A DNA stretch of 64,000 nt, from assembly GCA_963805975.1 (NCBI GenBank), contig CAWDVR010000003.1, positions 768,001 to 832,000 on the forward strand, read 5' to 3'. Made by a program: the position numbers and the translations under genes. Position 1 is the first letter of the stretch. Each line of letters begins with the position of its first letter. The DNA is from an uncultured Acidobacteriota bacterium. GTDB lineage: Bacteria; Acidobacteriota; Thermoanaerobaculia; Multivoradales; SZUA-115. Below the pieces are notes generated by a model. That model made no database searches. It had not been told where the DNA came from and was given only the letters and a program-made list of their open reading frames with translations. Positions 43,725-53,614 of this stretch are shown piece after piece.

Positions 43725-45101
43725 ATGCGATCGACGAGCGCTCCGCGATGGGCCCGGTCCCGCCGGGCCCTGACCTCTGCCGCCGCCCTGGCGGTGGTTG
43801 CCCTGGGCTCCACGCACGCAACCGCCACCTCCACCCAGTTTCCGGGACTCGAGCTCTCGAGCTTCGACGAGCGCCAGATGAGCGAGGTGGTGCGCACTGC
43901 CTACAGCCGGCTGCAAGAACTGGTACGGGCCTCGGGCAACTCAGGATTCACGATCGAGGTGGAGAGCTTCGAAACCATCTATCCGGGCGACTTCGGCCGC
44001 GTCTACTGGTTCGGCCTGGTGGACATGCCCGAAGGCCGGGTGGTCGACGTGGTGCGCCAGGCGCACCGTGCCTCATGGGTAGGGGAGGACCGCACGCGGA
44101 CCGTCGAGCAGGTGAGCTACCGGGCGACCTGGCAGACCCTGGCGGCGGAGTGGCAGGACGCCGAGTGGGCCGCGAAGTTGCCCGCGATGGCGGTCTCCGA
44201 GGTGCTGTCCGCCTTGGGAGAGGGCCAGCCCGCGCTGCGCCGAGCTTCTTCGGTGAGCAGCTTCCGGGTGCGCGTGAACCTCGAAGGCGAGACCAGGCAC
44301 TATCGCGCCGCGGTGGTGTGGGTCCTCAACCGGGCGGCGAAACGGCTCGACTTCTTCGTCCAGGACCACATCGTCCAGGGGGTCGAGGCGGCGATCCGCG
44401 AGCCGGTGGCGGCGGCACCGGCAAAGCCGGGTGGACGCGGTTTGCAGGTGAACCGACTGGCGACCAAGAGCGCCCGCTGTTTCGAGAGCAATGTTCCCTC
44501 GATCGGCTCCGCCTTCCGCCAGGGGACCAATGGCCATACCGGCAGCAACTACCACCGCTCCGACGCCAGCTTCTCCAATACCTGCGCCTGCAACTACTAC
44601 TGCAGCCAGACTTGTACTGCCGCCGTGACCTCCTCGAACTGCTACGACACCGGCGGCTTCACTTCTGACGCCTGCCACAAGATGGCGCAGGACGTGGGCG
44701 GCAGCAGCCAGACGGTCGCCGACGGGCACGTCAATCCCGCGAGCTGCGGCGCGGGCTTCGGTTGTATCCAGAAGGCCTGCCTCTTCTGCTCCTGCTCGCT
44801 GGGCGTGAGCGTCAGCAGCTCGGGGGCCAGCGTCTCTTTCAACTCCTTCGGCAGCCCGGACTGGGACGGCAGTCTCCAGTACGGGCGGACCTGCACCCCC
44901 TGCTCGACGATCACCGACGACGAGGGCGACGATGACGACGACGATGGAGGGGGCGGAAACCCGCCCGGCGGAGGTGGAGGAGGCGGGGGCAATCCCCCCC
45001 TGGTCGATGAGTGCGACCCGGACGGCGACGGCTGGGTGACGGAGTCGGAGTGTGTCCTGCAGTGCGGAGGCACGGTCAACGGCGAGTGGTGCGATCTCTG
45101 A
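43725..45101 (+). CDS. Secreted protein with a Cys-rich domain, Asp/Gly linker and EF-hand-like tail
   Basis: AAGGAGG RBS, signal peptide (RR-containing), many Cys in the C-terminal half, DDEGDDDDDD, poly-Gly and DPDGDGWVTESE. Confidence 0.7.
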   Translation: MRSTSAPRWARSRRALTSAAALAVVALGSTHATATSTQFPGLELSSFDERQMSEVVRTAYSRLQELVRASGNSGFTIEVESFETIYPGDFGRVYWFGLVDMPEGRVVDVVRQAHRASWVGEDRTRTVEQVSYRATWQTLAAEWQDAEWAAKLPAMAVSEVLSALGEGQPALRRASSVSSFRVRVNLEGETRHYRAAVVWVLNRAAKRLDFFVQDHIVQGVEAAIREPVAAAPAKPGGRGLQVNRLATKSARCFESNVPSIGSAFRQGTNGHTGSNYHRSDASFSNTCACNYYCSQTCTAAVTSSNCYDTGGFTSDACHKMAQDVGGSSQTVADGHVNPASCGAGFGCIQKACLFCSCSLGVSVSSSGASVSFNSFGSPDWDGSLQYGRTCTPCSTITDDEGDDDDDDGGGGNPPGGGGGGGGNPPLVDECDPDGDGWVTESECVLQCGGTVNGEWCDL

Positions 45102-45198
45102 ACGAGCTCCACGTCGCTCTTCCAAAGCCCGGTGCTCTGCGCCGGGCCCCGCCTGCAAATCGGTAGACTGTCCCCAGTCTCTTCCCCGAGGAGCCGCG

Positions 45199-46524
45199 AT
45201 GGCTGAGCTGGCGACGGTTGCACCCACCACCGCTGTATCGACCGCCGTTGCACCGGCAACGTCCACCGCCTGGAGCCCGGCACGGCGGTTCCTCTTCCGC
45301 TTTTCCTTCCTCTACTTCGTGCTCTACCTCTTTCCCGCGCCGCTGGAGTCGCTGCCGGTCATCAAGGTGGTGAACAAGCCGGTGCAGTGGCTCTGGAACC
45401 TGCCGGTGGCCTGGGTGGGGGAAAAGTTCTTCGGCCTCGAGGTGCAGTTGACCGAGACCGGCAGCGGCGATACCACGCACGCCTGGGTGCAGGCGCTCTG
45501 CATTCTCGTGCTGGCCCTGGTCGGGGCCCTGGTGTGGACACGTCTCGACCGGAAACGGGTCGGCTACCCGCGGCTCGCCGAGTGGTTCCGGATCTACCTG
45601 CGCTTCTGCCTCGCCGTGATCATGATCGGTTACGGCGCGGCGAAGTTCATCCCGTCCCAGTTCATTGCCCCCGGCCTTGAGCGGCTGCTGCAGCCGTTCG
45701 GCGACGCTTCTCCCATGGGCCTCTTGTGGACTTTCATGGGCGCCTCCCGGCCCTACACCGTGTTCGCCGGTGCGATGGAGCTGGTGGGCGGCCTGCTGCT
45801 CACGCTGCGCCGCACGGCGCTCCTCGGAGCGCTGGTCAACATCGCGGTGCTCTCGAACGTGCTGATGCTCAACCTGAGCTACGACGTGCCGGTGAAGCTC
45901 TACTCCTTCCACCTGCTGCTGATCGCCGTCTTGATCGCGCTGCCGGACTTGGAGCGCCTGGCCAACCTCTTCCTCTTCAACCGCGGGGTGGAGCCGGCGC
46001 CGGAGCCACAGCTCTTCGCGCGCCACTCGCTGCGGCGAGCGGCGTGGGTGGTGGGCGTGGCGTTCGTGGTCTTCGCGACGGGCAGCGCGCTCTGGAGATC
46101 GCACGAGGCGCGGACCACCTACGGCGATCTGGCGCCCCGGTCACCGCTTTACGGTGTGTGGAACGTGGTCGACTTCGAGCTCGACGGCCAGGTGCTGCCG
46201 CCGCTCGCGACCGACGAGCGCCGGTGGGAGCGGGTCGTCTTCGACGGTCTCGAGTGGGTCGGCATCAAGACCATGGGCGCTCGCCGCCGCTACCACGGGC
46301 TGGCGCTCGACCTCGACAAGGGGACGCTCCACCTGACCCGGTGGGACAAGCCGGACTGGGCCGCGGATTTCACCCTCACCCGGCCCGAGCCTGACCGGCT
46401 GGAGCTCGCGGGCGTGCTCGACGGCCAGAAGGTCCGCGCCCACCTGAGCCGGGCCGGCGCCAAACCGTTCCTGCTCCGCGAGCGCGGCTTCCACTGGATC
46501 GCCGAGTACCCGTTCAACCGCTGA
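45199..46524 (+). CDS. DoxX-like membrane protein
   Basis: TGSGDT, YGAAKFIPSQF, SPMGLLWTFMG, LNLSYDVPVK and C-terminal RGFHWIAEYPFNR. Confidence 0.75.
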   Translation: MAELATVAPTTAVSTAVAPATSTAWSPARRFLFRFSFLYFVLYLFPAPLESLPVIKVVNKPVQWLWNLPVAWVGEKFFGLEVQLTETGSGDTTHAWVQALCILVLALVGALVWTRLDRKRVGYPRLAEWFRIYLRFCLAVIMIGYGAAKFIPSQFIAPGLERLLQPFGDASPMGLLWTFMGASRPYTVFAGAMELVGGLLLTLRRTALLGALVNIAVLSNVLMLNLSYDVPVKLYSFHLLLIAVLIALPDLERLANLFLFNRGVEPAPEPQLFARHSLRRAAWVVGVAFVVFATGSALWRSHEARTTYGDLAPRSPLYGVWNVVDFELDGQVLPPLATDERRWERVVFDGLEWVGIKTMGARRRYHGLALDLDKGTLHLTRWDKPDWAADFTLTRPEPDRLELAGVLDGQKVRAHLSRAGAKPFLLRERGFHWIAEYPFNR

Positions 46525-46583
46525 GCCCGGCGTGCCCGGGAACCGGGCCCTTTGCGGGTAGGATCGTGCGCCGGACGCCGATC

Positions 46584-47528
46584 ATGACCTCACTCTGGAC
46601 TCGGGCAGGCCTCTCGTGGCGCACACTCCTCGCCCGCATCGGGCGCGAGATCCTGGCCGACGAGGTCTTCGCCCGTTCGGCAGAGCTCGCGTACTACTTC
46701 CTGTTCTCGCTCTTTCCGTTGCTCCTCTTCATGACCTCCATCTTCGGTCACGTGATGGGCGAGCGTGCCGACCTGCGCCAGCAGATGTTCGAGTACCTGC
46801 ACGCCGTGATGCCCAACCAGAGCAGCCTCGACCTGGTACGGGACACGCTGCAGCAGATCATCGACGAGCGGGGCCTGCACTTCTCGCTCGGCATCCTGTT
46901 CTCGCTCTGGGGCTCGTCGCAGGGCATCATCGCCGTCGGCCGGGTGCTGGACAAGGCGTACGACGTCGAGAAGCGGCGCGGCTTCCTCTACTCCCACCTG
47001 GTGGGCATCGGCCTCACGGTCACCTTCGCGGCGCTGATCCTGATCGGCCTGGTGCTGCTCTTCTACGGTGCCTCGATCGTCGACACGCTCGCCGGACGGG
47101 GGAGCCTGGGCGAGACCCTCACCCGCGTCTGGTCCGCCGTGCAGTGGCCGGTGGTGCTCTTCTTCCTCGTCGCCGGTTTCGAGCTGATCTATAACTTTGC
47201 GCCTGGCGACAGCCGGCGTCGGGCCTTCCAGCTCTCCTCGCCGGGCTCGCTGGTGGCGGTGGGAGTGTGGCTCGCCGGCTCGTTCGGGCTGCGCCTCTAC
47301 CTCTCCCGCTTCACTCTCTACAGTTGGGCCTACGGCACGCTCGAGGCGTTCATCCTCCTGGTGCTGTGGTTCTACATCACCGGCTTCGCCATCGTGGTCG
47401 GCGGACAGGTCAACGCCCAGATCGTCAAGGCCCTGGCCGAGAAGAACGACTCCCAGAAGCCGCCACCGCCCGCACCACGAAACGCAGCGGCCCGCCGGGG
47501 GCGACGGCATCGAAGGGATAGCAGGTGA
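46584..47528 (+). CDS. YihY/BrkB family membrane protein
   Basis: SAELAYYFLFSLFPLL, PGSLVA and YGTLEAFILLVLWFY...GGQVNA. Confidence 0.9.
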   Translation: MTSLWTRAGLSWRTLLARIGREILADEVFARSAELAYYFLFSLFPLLLFMTSIFGHVMGERADLRQQMFEYLHAVMPNQSSLDLVRDTLQQIIDERGLHFSLGILFSLWGSSQGIIAVGRVLDKAYDVEKRRGFLYSHLVGIGLTVTFAALILIGLVLLFYGASIVDTLAGRGSLGETLTRVWSAVQWPVVLFFLVAGFELIYNFAPGDSRRRAFQLSSPGSLVAVGVWLAGSFGLRLYLSRFTLYSWAYGTLEAFILLVLWFYITGFAIVVGGQVNAQIVKALAEKNDSQKPPPPAPRNAAARRGRRHRRDSR

Positions 47529-48120
47529 CGAGGGTGAGCGTGGGTTCTAGCGTGGGCCGGAGAGGGCGGCGGTCCCGGTAGTCCACCACCTCGCTGCCTT
47601 CCACGCGGTAGAGGAGCGTGCCGCCGCCGGCGCTCTCGACCGTGATCTCGTCGCCGGCCTCCAAGTCGCGCAGGAAGCGGAAGTGGGTATCGCGGTGGCC
47701 GGCGAGCACGACATTGCCGGTGGAGCCGGTCGTGGACCGACCTCCCGCGAGCACCGCCTGCGCCGGCCCACCCCAGGCGGCCCGTTTCATTCCATCCTCG
47801 ATCAGCGTCGGGCCGAACGCCATGGCCTCGCCGCTGCCGCCCGCGAGCACGATCTCGTCGACCCCCAGGCGCGCCACCGTGAGCCGCGCCACCGGCCAGG
47901 TGTCGGCCCAAGGCCAGGGCTTGACGCCCGTTGCGCCGGTCATGGCGCCGTCCGCCCGCGTGTCCTCCCAGGCCTGGGCCAGGAGGGCCTGCGCCAGGTG
48001 GGCCTTGCCGATGATCCACGCCCCCTTGCCCAGGAAGAGCACGCTCGAGGCGATGAGAGCCACGGCCATCGTGGCGACCACCTTGCCGCCCCAGACCTCG
48101 TTCCGGCCGGCACGGCTCAT
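47425..48120 (-). CDS. Sortase of the Gram-negative/proteobacterial type
   Basis: N-terminal TM, KPWPWADTWPVARL, catalytic AGHRDTHF, TLVTCYPF and downstream Arg. Confidence 0.93.
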   Translation of the reverse strand: MSRAGRNEVWGGKVVATMAVALIASSVLFLGKGAWIIGKAHLAQALLAQAWEDTRADGAMTGATGVKPWPWADTWPVARLTVARLGVDEIVLAGGSGEAMAFGPTLIEDGMKRAAWGGPAQAVLAGGRSTTGSTGNVVLAGHRDTHFRFLRDLEAGDEITVESAGGGTLLYRVEGSEVVDYRDRRPLRPTLEPTLTLVTCYPFDAVAPGGPLRFVVRAVAASGSRSSRPGP

Positions 48121-48143
48121 CACCGTGCTCGCCGCCGCTCCGG

Positions 48144-48186
48144 CCCCCTCGCCCCGCGGAGCGGGAAGAGGGCCGGGGTGAGGGGC
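48144..48186 (-). repeat. REP-like palindromic element (CCCTCACCCCGGCCCTCT...GAGGG type)
   Basis: Minus strand reads GCCCCTCACCCCGGCCCTCTTCCCGCTCCGCGGGGCGAGGGGG between the VIT and sortase genes. Confidence 0.45.
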
Positions 48187-48200
48187 GCTCTGCACGGCGC

Positions 48201-50240
48201 TCACCGCGCCACCCGCCGGGCGGCGAGGCCCAGGCCCAGCAGACCGAGACCGATCAACAACTGGAGCCGCGCCGCTGTACTGCCCGCGGGCAGCACGCTC
48301 TCGTCGAAACCGGCCTCCCAACCCGCGGGCACATTCACCGGGATGAGCTGGGTGTGGCTCGGCTCGCCGGCCGGCGCCGTGGGAGTCGTATCCACCGCCA
48401 CCAGGCTGGTGAGCTCGGTCACCAGGCCGTGCGCCAGCCCGATCTCGACGACACCGGCGCGCAGGCTTGCCTCGTCCCCGCCGGACAGCCGCTGGTCGGT
48501 GAGCGCGTTCACCTTGCGCCGTGCCCAGAGCTTGTCCAGACCAGCGAGCTCCGCCGTCGGCACGGCGTCGAGCTTCATTTCCCAGAGCCTGCCGTCGGTG
48601 CGTCCCGAGAGGGTGGCCGGTCCGCCGGCTGCGCGCAGCCGCGCGGCGACGACCACCGGCTCGCCGAGGTAGAGGTCCGGAATGCGTACCGGGTAGGCCT
48701 CGGCATGGGGGTCGTCCCAGGTGACGGTGAGGTCGGTGAGCACCGGGCTCGAGAGCTTGGCGAACAGGGATCCCATCTTCTCGGCGACCTCCGCGGCGTC
48801 CCCGATGTAGGTGAAGGTGCCGCGGCCGAGCTCGGCCGCCTTGGTCATGAAGAAGCCGTTCGGCGCCGAGCCGATGCCGACGGTGAACAGGCGGGTCGCG
48901 CCGAGCTTGGCGCTGATCAGCGCGAACAGCTCCTCTTCGTTGGCCACCTGGCCGTCGGTGATGAAGATCACCTGCCGCAGCGACCCGGAGCTGGCCGCCG
49001 CCGGCCCGTCGAGGGCGGCATCGAGCGCGGCGCCCATCTCGGTGCCGCCGTCGGCGTCGAGGTCACGGACGAAGCTGCGGGCATCCGCGATCGCCTCGGC
49101 GGTCGCCGGCACGCTGGCCGCGAAGAGGTGCCGGGTGATCGAGTCGAAGTCGATGACGTTGAAAGAGTCCCTGGGCTCGAGGCGCGAGAGAGCCAGGTCG
49201 AGCGCCGCCTTGGCCTCGCGCATCGAGGTCCCGGCCATCGAGCCCGAGCTGTCGACCACGAAGACCACCTCGCGGGGCAGGTCGAAGCGGCCCCCCGCCG
49301 CCGCGGCCGGCGGCATCACCATCAGCAGCGCGTAGGTCTCGCCGTTCCACTGCTCGGTGAACAGGCCCGCCGCCGGACCGGTGCCGGCCGCCGGCTCCCA
49401 CTCGAGCACGAAGTCGCGGTCCGCGGGCACCACGTCGGAGGCGAGGTGCAGCTCGTAGCGCGAGGCATCGAGGCGCTGGGCTCTGAGATCGTGCGACGGG
49501 CTCGCGACCCGCGCCAGCGGGAAACCCGCGGCGAGATCGATCCGCAGGCTGACGGCGTTGATCTTCCGCGCGCTCTGCGGCGGCTCCGGGAGCGGCGCCG
49601 CCTCGGGCCCAGCGTCGCCGGCCGTGGTCCCCGGCCGATAGCGCGGGGCCGCCACCAGCGGGAAGCGCAGGGAGAGCTTCCCGCCGTCGTAGCGCAGCTC
49701 CTGCTGGTACTCGATCGCCACCTCCACCACCTCTCCCGGGCCGAGGTTGGCGACCGAGGTGGTGAACAGGTTGGGCCGCTGCTGCTCGAGGAGGGCGGCC
49801 TTCCGGCCCTCGCTCCTCGCCTCTTCGTAGATCTGCCGTGCCACTTCCCGCTCCTTGACCTGGCCTTCGATCACCCGCTCGCCGACCACCAGGCGCAGGG
49901 TGTCGACGGCGGCGTTCTCGGGGAGCGGGAAGGCGTAGACGCCTTCGACCCGGAGCGCGGTCTCGTTGAGGAAGCGCTGGGTGACCCGGGTGCGCGCCAC
50001 CAGGCCGGTGATCCGCATCTCGACATCCGTATCGAGGATCGGTGCCGCCAGGTAGACGCCGGCGACCGTGGTCTTGAGCAGCAGGCTTCCCTGCTGCACG
50101 TCCGAGAGGCGGGCGAGGTGCCGCGGGTCGCCCGGGGGTGGCTCGGGCTCGCCCGGCTGGGCGCGGCCAGGGGTGGGGAGGAGGAGAGCGAAGAGGAGCG
50201 GAAGCACGGCCAGGATCCGGGAGGCGGGTGTTTTTCTCAT
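48201..50240 (-). CDS. VIT + vWA domain sortase target protein
   Basis: VIT region (EGVYAFPLPENAAV), MIDAS DSSGSM, FITDG, GIGSAPN, then LPAGS, a TM helix and RRVAR. Confidence 0.92.
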   Translation of the reverse strand: MRKTPASRILAVLPLLFALLLPTPGRAQPGEPEPPPGDPRHLARLSDVQQGSLLLKTTVAGVYLAAPILDTDVEMRITGLVARTRVTQRFLNETALRVEGVYAFPLPENAAVDTLRLVVGERVIEGQVKEREVARQIYEEARSEGRKAALLEQQRPNLFTTSVANLGPGEVVEVAIEYQQELRYDGGKLSLRFPLVAAPRYRPGTTAGDAGPEAAPLPEPPQSARKINAVSLRIDLAAGFPLARVASPSHDLRAQRLDASRYELHLASDVVPADRDFVLEWEPAAGTGPAAGLFTEQWNGETYALLMVMPPAAAAGGRFDLPREVVFVVDSSGSMAGTSMREAKAALDLALSRLEPRDSFNVIDFDSITRHLFAASVPATAEAIADARSFVRDLDADGGTEMGAALDAALDGPAAASSGSLRQVIFITDGQVANEEELFALISAKLGATRLFTVGIGSAPNGFFMTKAAELGRGTFTYIGDAAEVAEKMGSLFAKLSSPVLTDLTVTWDDPHAEAYPVRIPDLYLGEPVVVAARLRAAGGPATLSGRTDGRLWEMKLDAVPTAELAGLDKLWARRKVNALTDQRLSGGDEASLRAGVVEIGLAHGLVTELTSLVAVDTTPTAPAGEPSHTQLIPVNVPAGWEAGFDESVLPAGSTAARLQLLIGLGLLGLGLAARRVAR

Positions 50241-50287
50241 GGCGCGTATCTCAGCGCCGGCTTGTGCAGAGGGGAGGGCGGAGGCGG

Positions 50288-50322
50288 GGAAAGGTGGAGG
50301 CGAAATGTGGCGCCGGCGTGGC
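50288..50322 (-). promoter_or_regulatory. Putative response-regulator binding box (copy 1)
   Basis: 29 of 35 nt identical to 55721-55755. Contains GCCAC-N6-GCCAC on the minus strand. Confidence 0.65.
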
Positions 50323-50374
50323 ACCTGGCCGGCGCCCCTTCCAGTAGACCCTAGTCTTCAGTAGATTTGGCAGC

Positions 50375-51166
50375 GTGAAATCACGACCCCAGGGTCCGAA
50401 GCCGGCCGCCACCGCGGCCCCGCCGGTGGCCGCAGCCCCGCTCGCGGCGCGCGCCGCTCCCCCCGCGACGGCGCGCGTCGCCCTCGTGGACGACGAGCCC
50501 AGCATCCTCGAGACCGTGGGTTTTGCGCTGCGCCGCGAAGGCTATCTGGTCGTGGCGTACCCGGACGGGCTTTCCGCCTGGCAGGCCTTCGAGGAGGATC
50601 TTCCGGACCTCGCGGTGCTCGACATCCTGATGCCGCGGATGGACGGCCTCGAGCTCTGCCGCCGCCTGCGCGGCATCTCGGAGACCGTGCCGATCCTCTT
50701 CCTGACCTCGAAGGACGAGGAGTTCGACCGCGTGCTCGGGCTCGAGATGGGGGCCGACGACTACCTGGTCAAGCCGTTCTCGATGCGCGAGCTGGTGGCG
50801 CGCGTCAAGGTGCTGCTGCGGCGCTCGGCCCTGGCCCAGAACCAGGGCCGGGTGGACGAGGAGGAGCTGCTCGCCGTGGGTTCCCTGGCGCTCGACCTCG
50901 CCCGCCACCAGGCGAGCTGGAACGGCCGGCCGATCCAGCTCACGGTGCGCGAGTTCAGGCTCCTGCTGGCCCTCTCCCGCCACCCCGGCCACGTCAAGAC
51001 GCGCGAGCAGCTCCTCGAGGAGGGCTACCCGCACGACACCTATCTCGCCGAGCGCACCATCGACAGCCACATCAAACGGCTGCGCCGCAAGTTCGCCGAG
51101 GTGGCACCGGAGTTCGACGGCATCGAGACCGTCTACGGCCTCGGCTACCGGTACCGCGTCGAGTGA
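50375..51166 (+). CDS. OmpR-family response regulator (ChvI/PdsR-like)
   Basis: LVDDE, VLDILMPRMDG, FLTSKDEEFD, GADDYLVKPFS, RTIDSHIKRLR and IETVYGLGY. Confidence 0.93.
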   Translation: MKSRPQGPKPAATAAPPVAAAPLAARAAPPATARVALVDDEPSILETVGFALRREGYLVVAYPDGLSAWQAFEEDLPDLAVLDILMPRMDGLELCRRLRGISETVPILFLTSKDEEFDRVLGLEMGADDYLVKPFSMRELVARVKVLLRRSALAQNQGRVDEEELLAVGSLALDLARHQASWNGRPIQLTVREFRLLLALSRHPGHVKTREQLLEEGYPHDTYLAERTIDSHIKRLRRKFAEVAPEFDGIETVYGLGYRYRVE

Positions 51167-51176
51167 GCTGGCTCTC

Positions 51177-52799
51177 GTGAGCTGGAAGCCCCCGGTCTAC
51201 CCTCCGCGCGCCCTGGTCTCCCCCCTGCGCGCGCTGGTCCGGCGGCTGCGCCGCGCCACGGCCTCGATCTCGATCCGCCTGGCGGCCTTCAACCTGCTGC
51301 TGGTGTTCCTGCCTGCCGCCGGCTTCCTCTATCTCGACACCTACGAGGAGCGGCTGCTGGCGGCACAGGAGCGCTCGATGGTGCAGCAGGGCAGAATCCT
51401 GGCTGCGGCGCTCTCCGGCCGCGCGGCGCTCGACTCCATCGAAGCCGCGCGCGTGCTGGTCGAGCTCGGCCAGCGCACCACCTCGCGGCTGCGGGTCTTC
51501 GACGCCGGCGGCACGGTGATCGCCGACTCGAGCCTCCTCGGGCCGCGGCGCGAGCCGGACGAGGAGCCGAGCGATGCGCCGACCGTGCGTGCCAACTGGC
51601 TCTACCGGGTGGGGGCGGGGGTCTTCGTGCTCGCCAACCGCCTGCTGGGGCGGGACGATCCGGAGGCGGAGCGCAGCCTGGACGCAGTACCCGCGTCACC
51701 GCCGGCAGACTACGGAGTGGAGGCGGCGCTCGCCGGACGCTACGGCGCCGTCACCCGCAAGTCCCCGGGCCAGCGCTCGGTGACGCTCTACAGCGCCATT
51801 CCGATCGCGAGCGGCGAGCAGGTGGTGGGCGCGGTGCAGGTCTCGCAGTCCACGCTCCGCCTGCTGCGCGACCTCTACGAAGTGCGCCTCGCCGTCTTCC
51901 AGGCCTTCCTGGTCTCGGTGCTGGTGGCGATCGTGCTCTCGGTCTTCGTCTCCGGCACCATCGCCCGGCCGCTCAAGCGGCTGCGGCGCGAGGCGAGCGA
52001 GCTGCTCGACCGGCGCGGGCGCCTCAAGGGCCGCTTCACCGGCTCGAAGCGGCTCGACGAGATCGGCGACCTGGCGCGCACGCTGGCCGAGCTCTCGCGC
52101 CGGCTGGGCGAGCATCTCTCGTTCACCGAGTCCTTCGCCGCCGACGTCTCGCACGAGTTCAAGAACCCGCTGGCTTCGATCCGCACCGCTACCGAGATGC
52201 TCTCCGAGAGCGAGTCGCCGGAGGACCGGCGGCGGTTCCAGTTGATGGTCGAAGCCGAGGTGGCGCGGCTCCAGAAGCTCCTCTCGACGGTGCGCGAGAT
52301 CACCCAGATCGACTCGCAGATCGACGCCGAGGCGCCGGTGGGAGTGGCCCTGCCGCGGCTGCTCACCGATCTCGTGGACAGCTTCCGCCTGCGGGCGGGC
52401 AAGCGCAGCGTGCGCTTCCTGCTCGACACGCCGCCCGACCCGCTCACCGTGCTCGGCTCGCCCGACCGCCTGGCCCAGGCCTTCGAGAACGTGCTCGACA
52501 ACGCCTTCTCCTTCGCGTCCGAGGGCTCGATCGTGTGGGTGAGCCTGGGCCAGGAGACCGGCGAGGCCGTGCTCCGCGTCGCGGACCAGGGGCCGGGCAT
52601 CCCGCCCGAGCACCTGGCGCGGATCTTCGACCGCTTCTTCAGCTACCGGCCCCACGACTTGGTGGCCCGCCGCGACCACGCCGGCCTGGGCCTCGCCATC
52701 GTCAAGGCGATCGTCGAGGGCTACGGCGGCACCGTCACCGCCGCCAACGGCACCGCCGGCGGCGCCGTGATCACCATCCGCCTGCCGCTGGCGGGGTAG
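51177..52799 (+). CDS. Sensor histidine kinase (ChvG/CreC/PdsS-like)
   Basis: Two TMs, HAMP (DEIGDL), H-box SHEFKNPL, N-box, DQGPGI and GLGL. Confidence 0.93.
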   Translation: MSWKPPVYPPRALVSPLRALVRRLRRATASISIRLAAFNLLLVFLPAAGFLYLDTYEERLLAAQERSMVQQGRILAAALSGRAALDSIEAARVLVELGQRTTSRLRVFDAGGTVIADSSLLGPRREPDEEPSDAPTVRANWLYRVGAGVFVLANRLLGRDDPEAERSLDAVPASPPADYGVEAALAGRYGAVTRKSPGQRSVTLYSAIPIASGEQVVGAVQVSQSTLRLLRDLYEVRLAVFQAFLVSVLVAIVLSVFVSGTIARPLKRLRREASELLDRRGRLKGRFTGSKRLDEIGDLARTLAELSRRLGEHLSFTESFAADVSHEFKNPLASIRTATEMLSESESPEDRRRFQLMVEAEVARLQKLLSTVREITQIDSQIDAEAPVGVALPRLLTDLVDSFRLRAGKRSVRFLLDTPPDPLTVLGSPDRLAQAFENVLDNAFSFASEGSIVWVSLGQETGEAVLRVADQGPGIPPEHLARIFDRFFSYRPHDLVARRDHAGLGLAIVKAIVEGYGGTVTAANGTAGGAVITIRLPLAG

Positions 52800-52825
52800 G
52801 GTGCGGGCGGCACTGCTGATCCACC

Positions 52826-53614
52826 ATGGAGCCCTGCATGAGCACATCCAGAGCGCACCGATCTCGTGTCTGCATCGCGATGGTCCTCGCCATCGTGTCC
52901 CTGACCCTCTCTCCAGCCAGCAGGGCCGCTAGCAAGAAGAAAGAACGACTCAGTGCCCGGGTGAGCGAGTCGGTGCAGGATCACCTGCAGCGCATCGAAG
53001 CGCACCTCGCCGAGGAGGAGTGGCCGGACGCGCTGAGCAGCAGCAAAGTCCTGCTGCGGGACTTCTCCGCCAAGGTCACGGGCGGCGAAGCTGCCGGGCC
53101 CCTGCTCGGCATGGCGCTGCTCTTGCGAGCGGTCGCCGAGTCCGGGCTCGGACGGACCGAGGCCGCGTTGTGGGATTGGCACTCTGCCGTAACCCTGTTC
53201 CCGGGGTTGCTCACCGCGGACCTGGCGAAGTACGGAGCCGCCGGGAAGCTGCTCGAAGAGAACAAGCCCATCCCCCGGGATCCATCGCCAATCCCGGGCG
53301 TGGAGACGCCGGCAGGGTCCTCATACCCGGACGAGGTCACTCCCCCGAAAATGCTCCACGCCAGACCGCCGGCCTACCCGAAGGGCCTGCTGCTTTCGTG
53401 CGGCGAAGGCCGGGTGGTGATCGGAAGCGTGATCGATGAGCAGGGACGGCCTACGAAGCCCGTGATCCTGGAAGCGCCGGGTGGTCCGGTAGCTGCCTAC
53501 GCCGCTCTCGAAGCCCTACAAGGTTGGCGCTTCAGGCCGGCCAGCCTCGCAGGAAAGCCAGTGGCCGTCTACTACACGCTGACCGTGAGCTTCTCGATAC
53601 CCGATTGCGGGTAG
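52826..53614 (+). CDS. Exported protein with helical N-terminus and TonB C-terminal domain
   Basis: Signal-like N-terminus, then PPAYPK...EGRVVI...IDEQG...WRFRPASLAGKPV. Confidence 0.75.
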   Translation: MEPCMSTSRAHRSRVCIAMVLAIVSLTLSPASRAASKKKERLSARVSESVQDHLQRIEAHLAEEEWPDALSSSKVLLRDFSAKVTGGEAAGPLLGMALLLRAVAESGLGRTEAALWDWHSAVTLFPGLLTADLAKYGAAGKLLEENKPIPRDPSPIPGVETPAGSSYPDEVTPPKMLHARPPAYPKGLLLSCGEGRVVIGSVIDEQGRPTKPVILEAPGGPVAAYAALEALQGWRFRPASLAGKPVAVYYTLTVSFSIPDCG

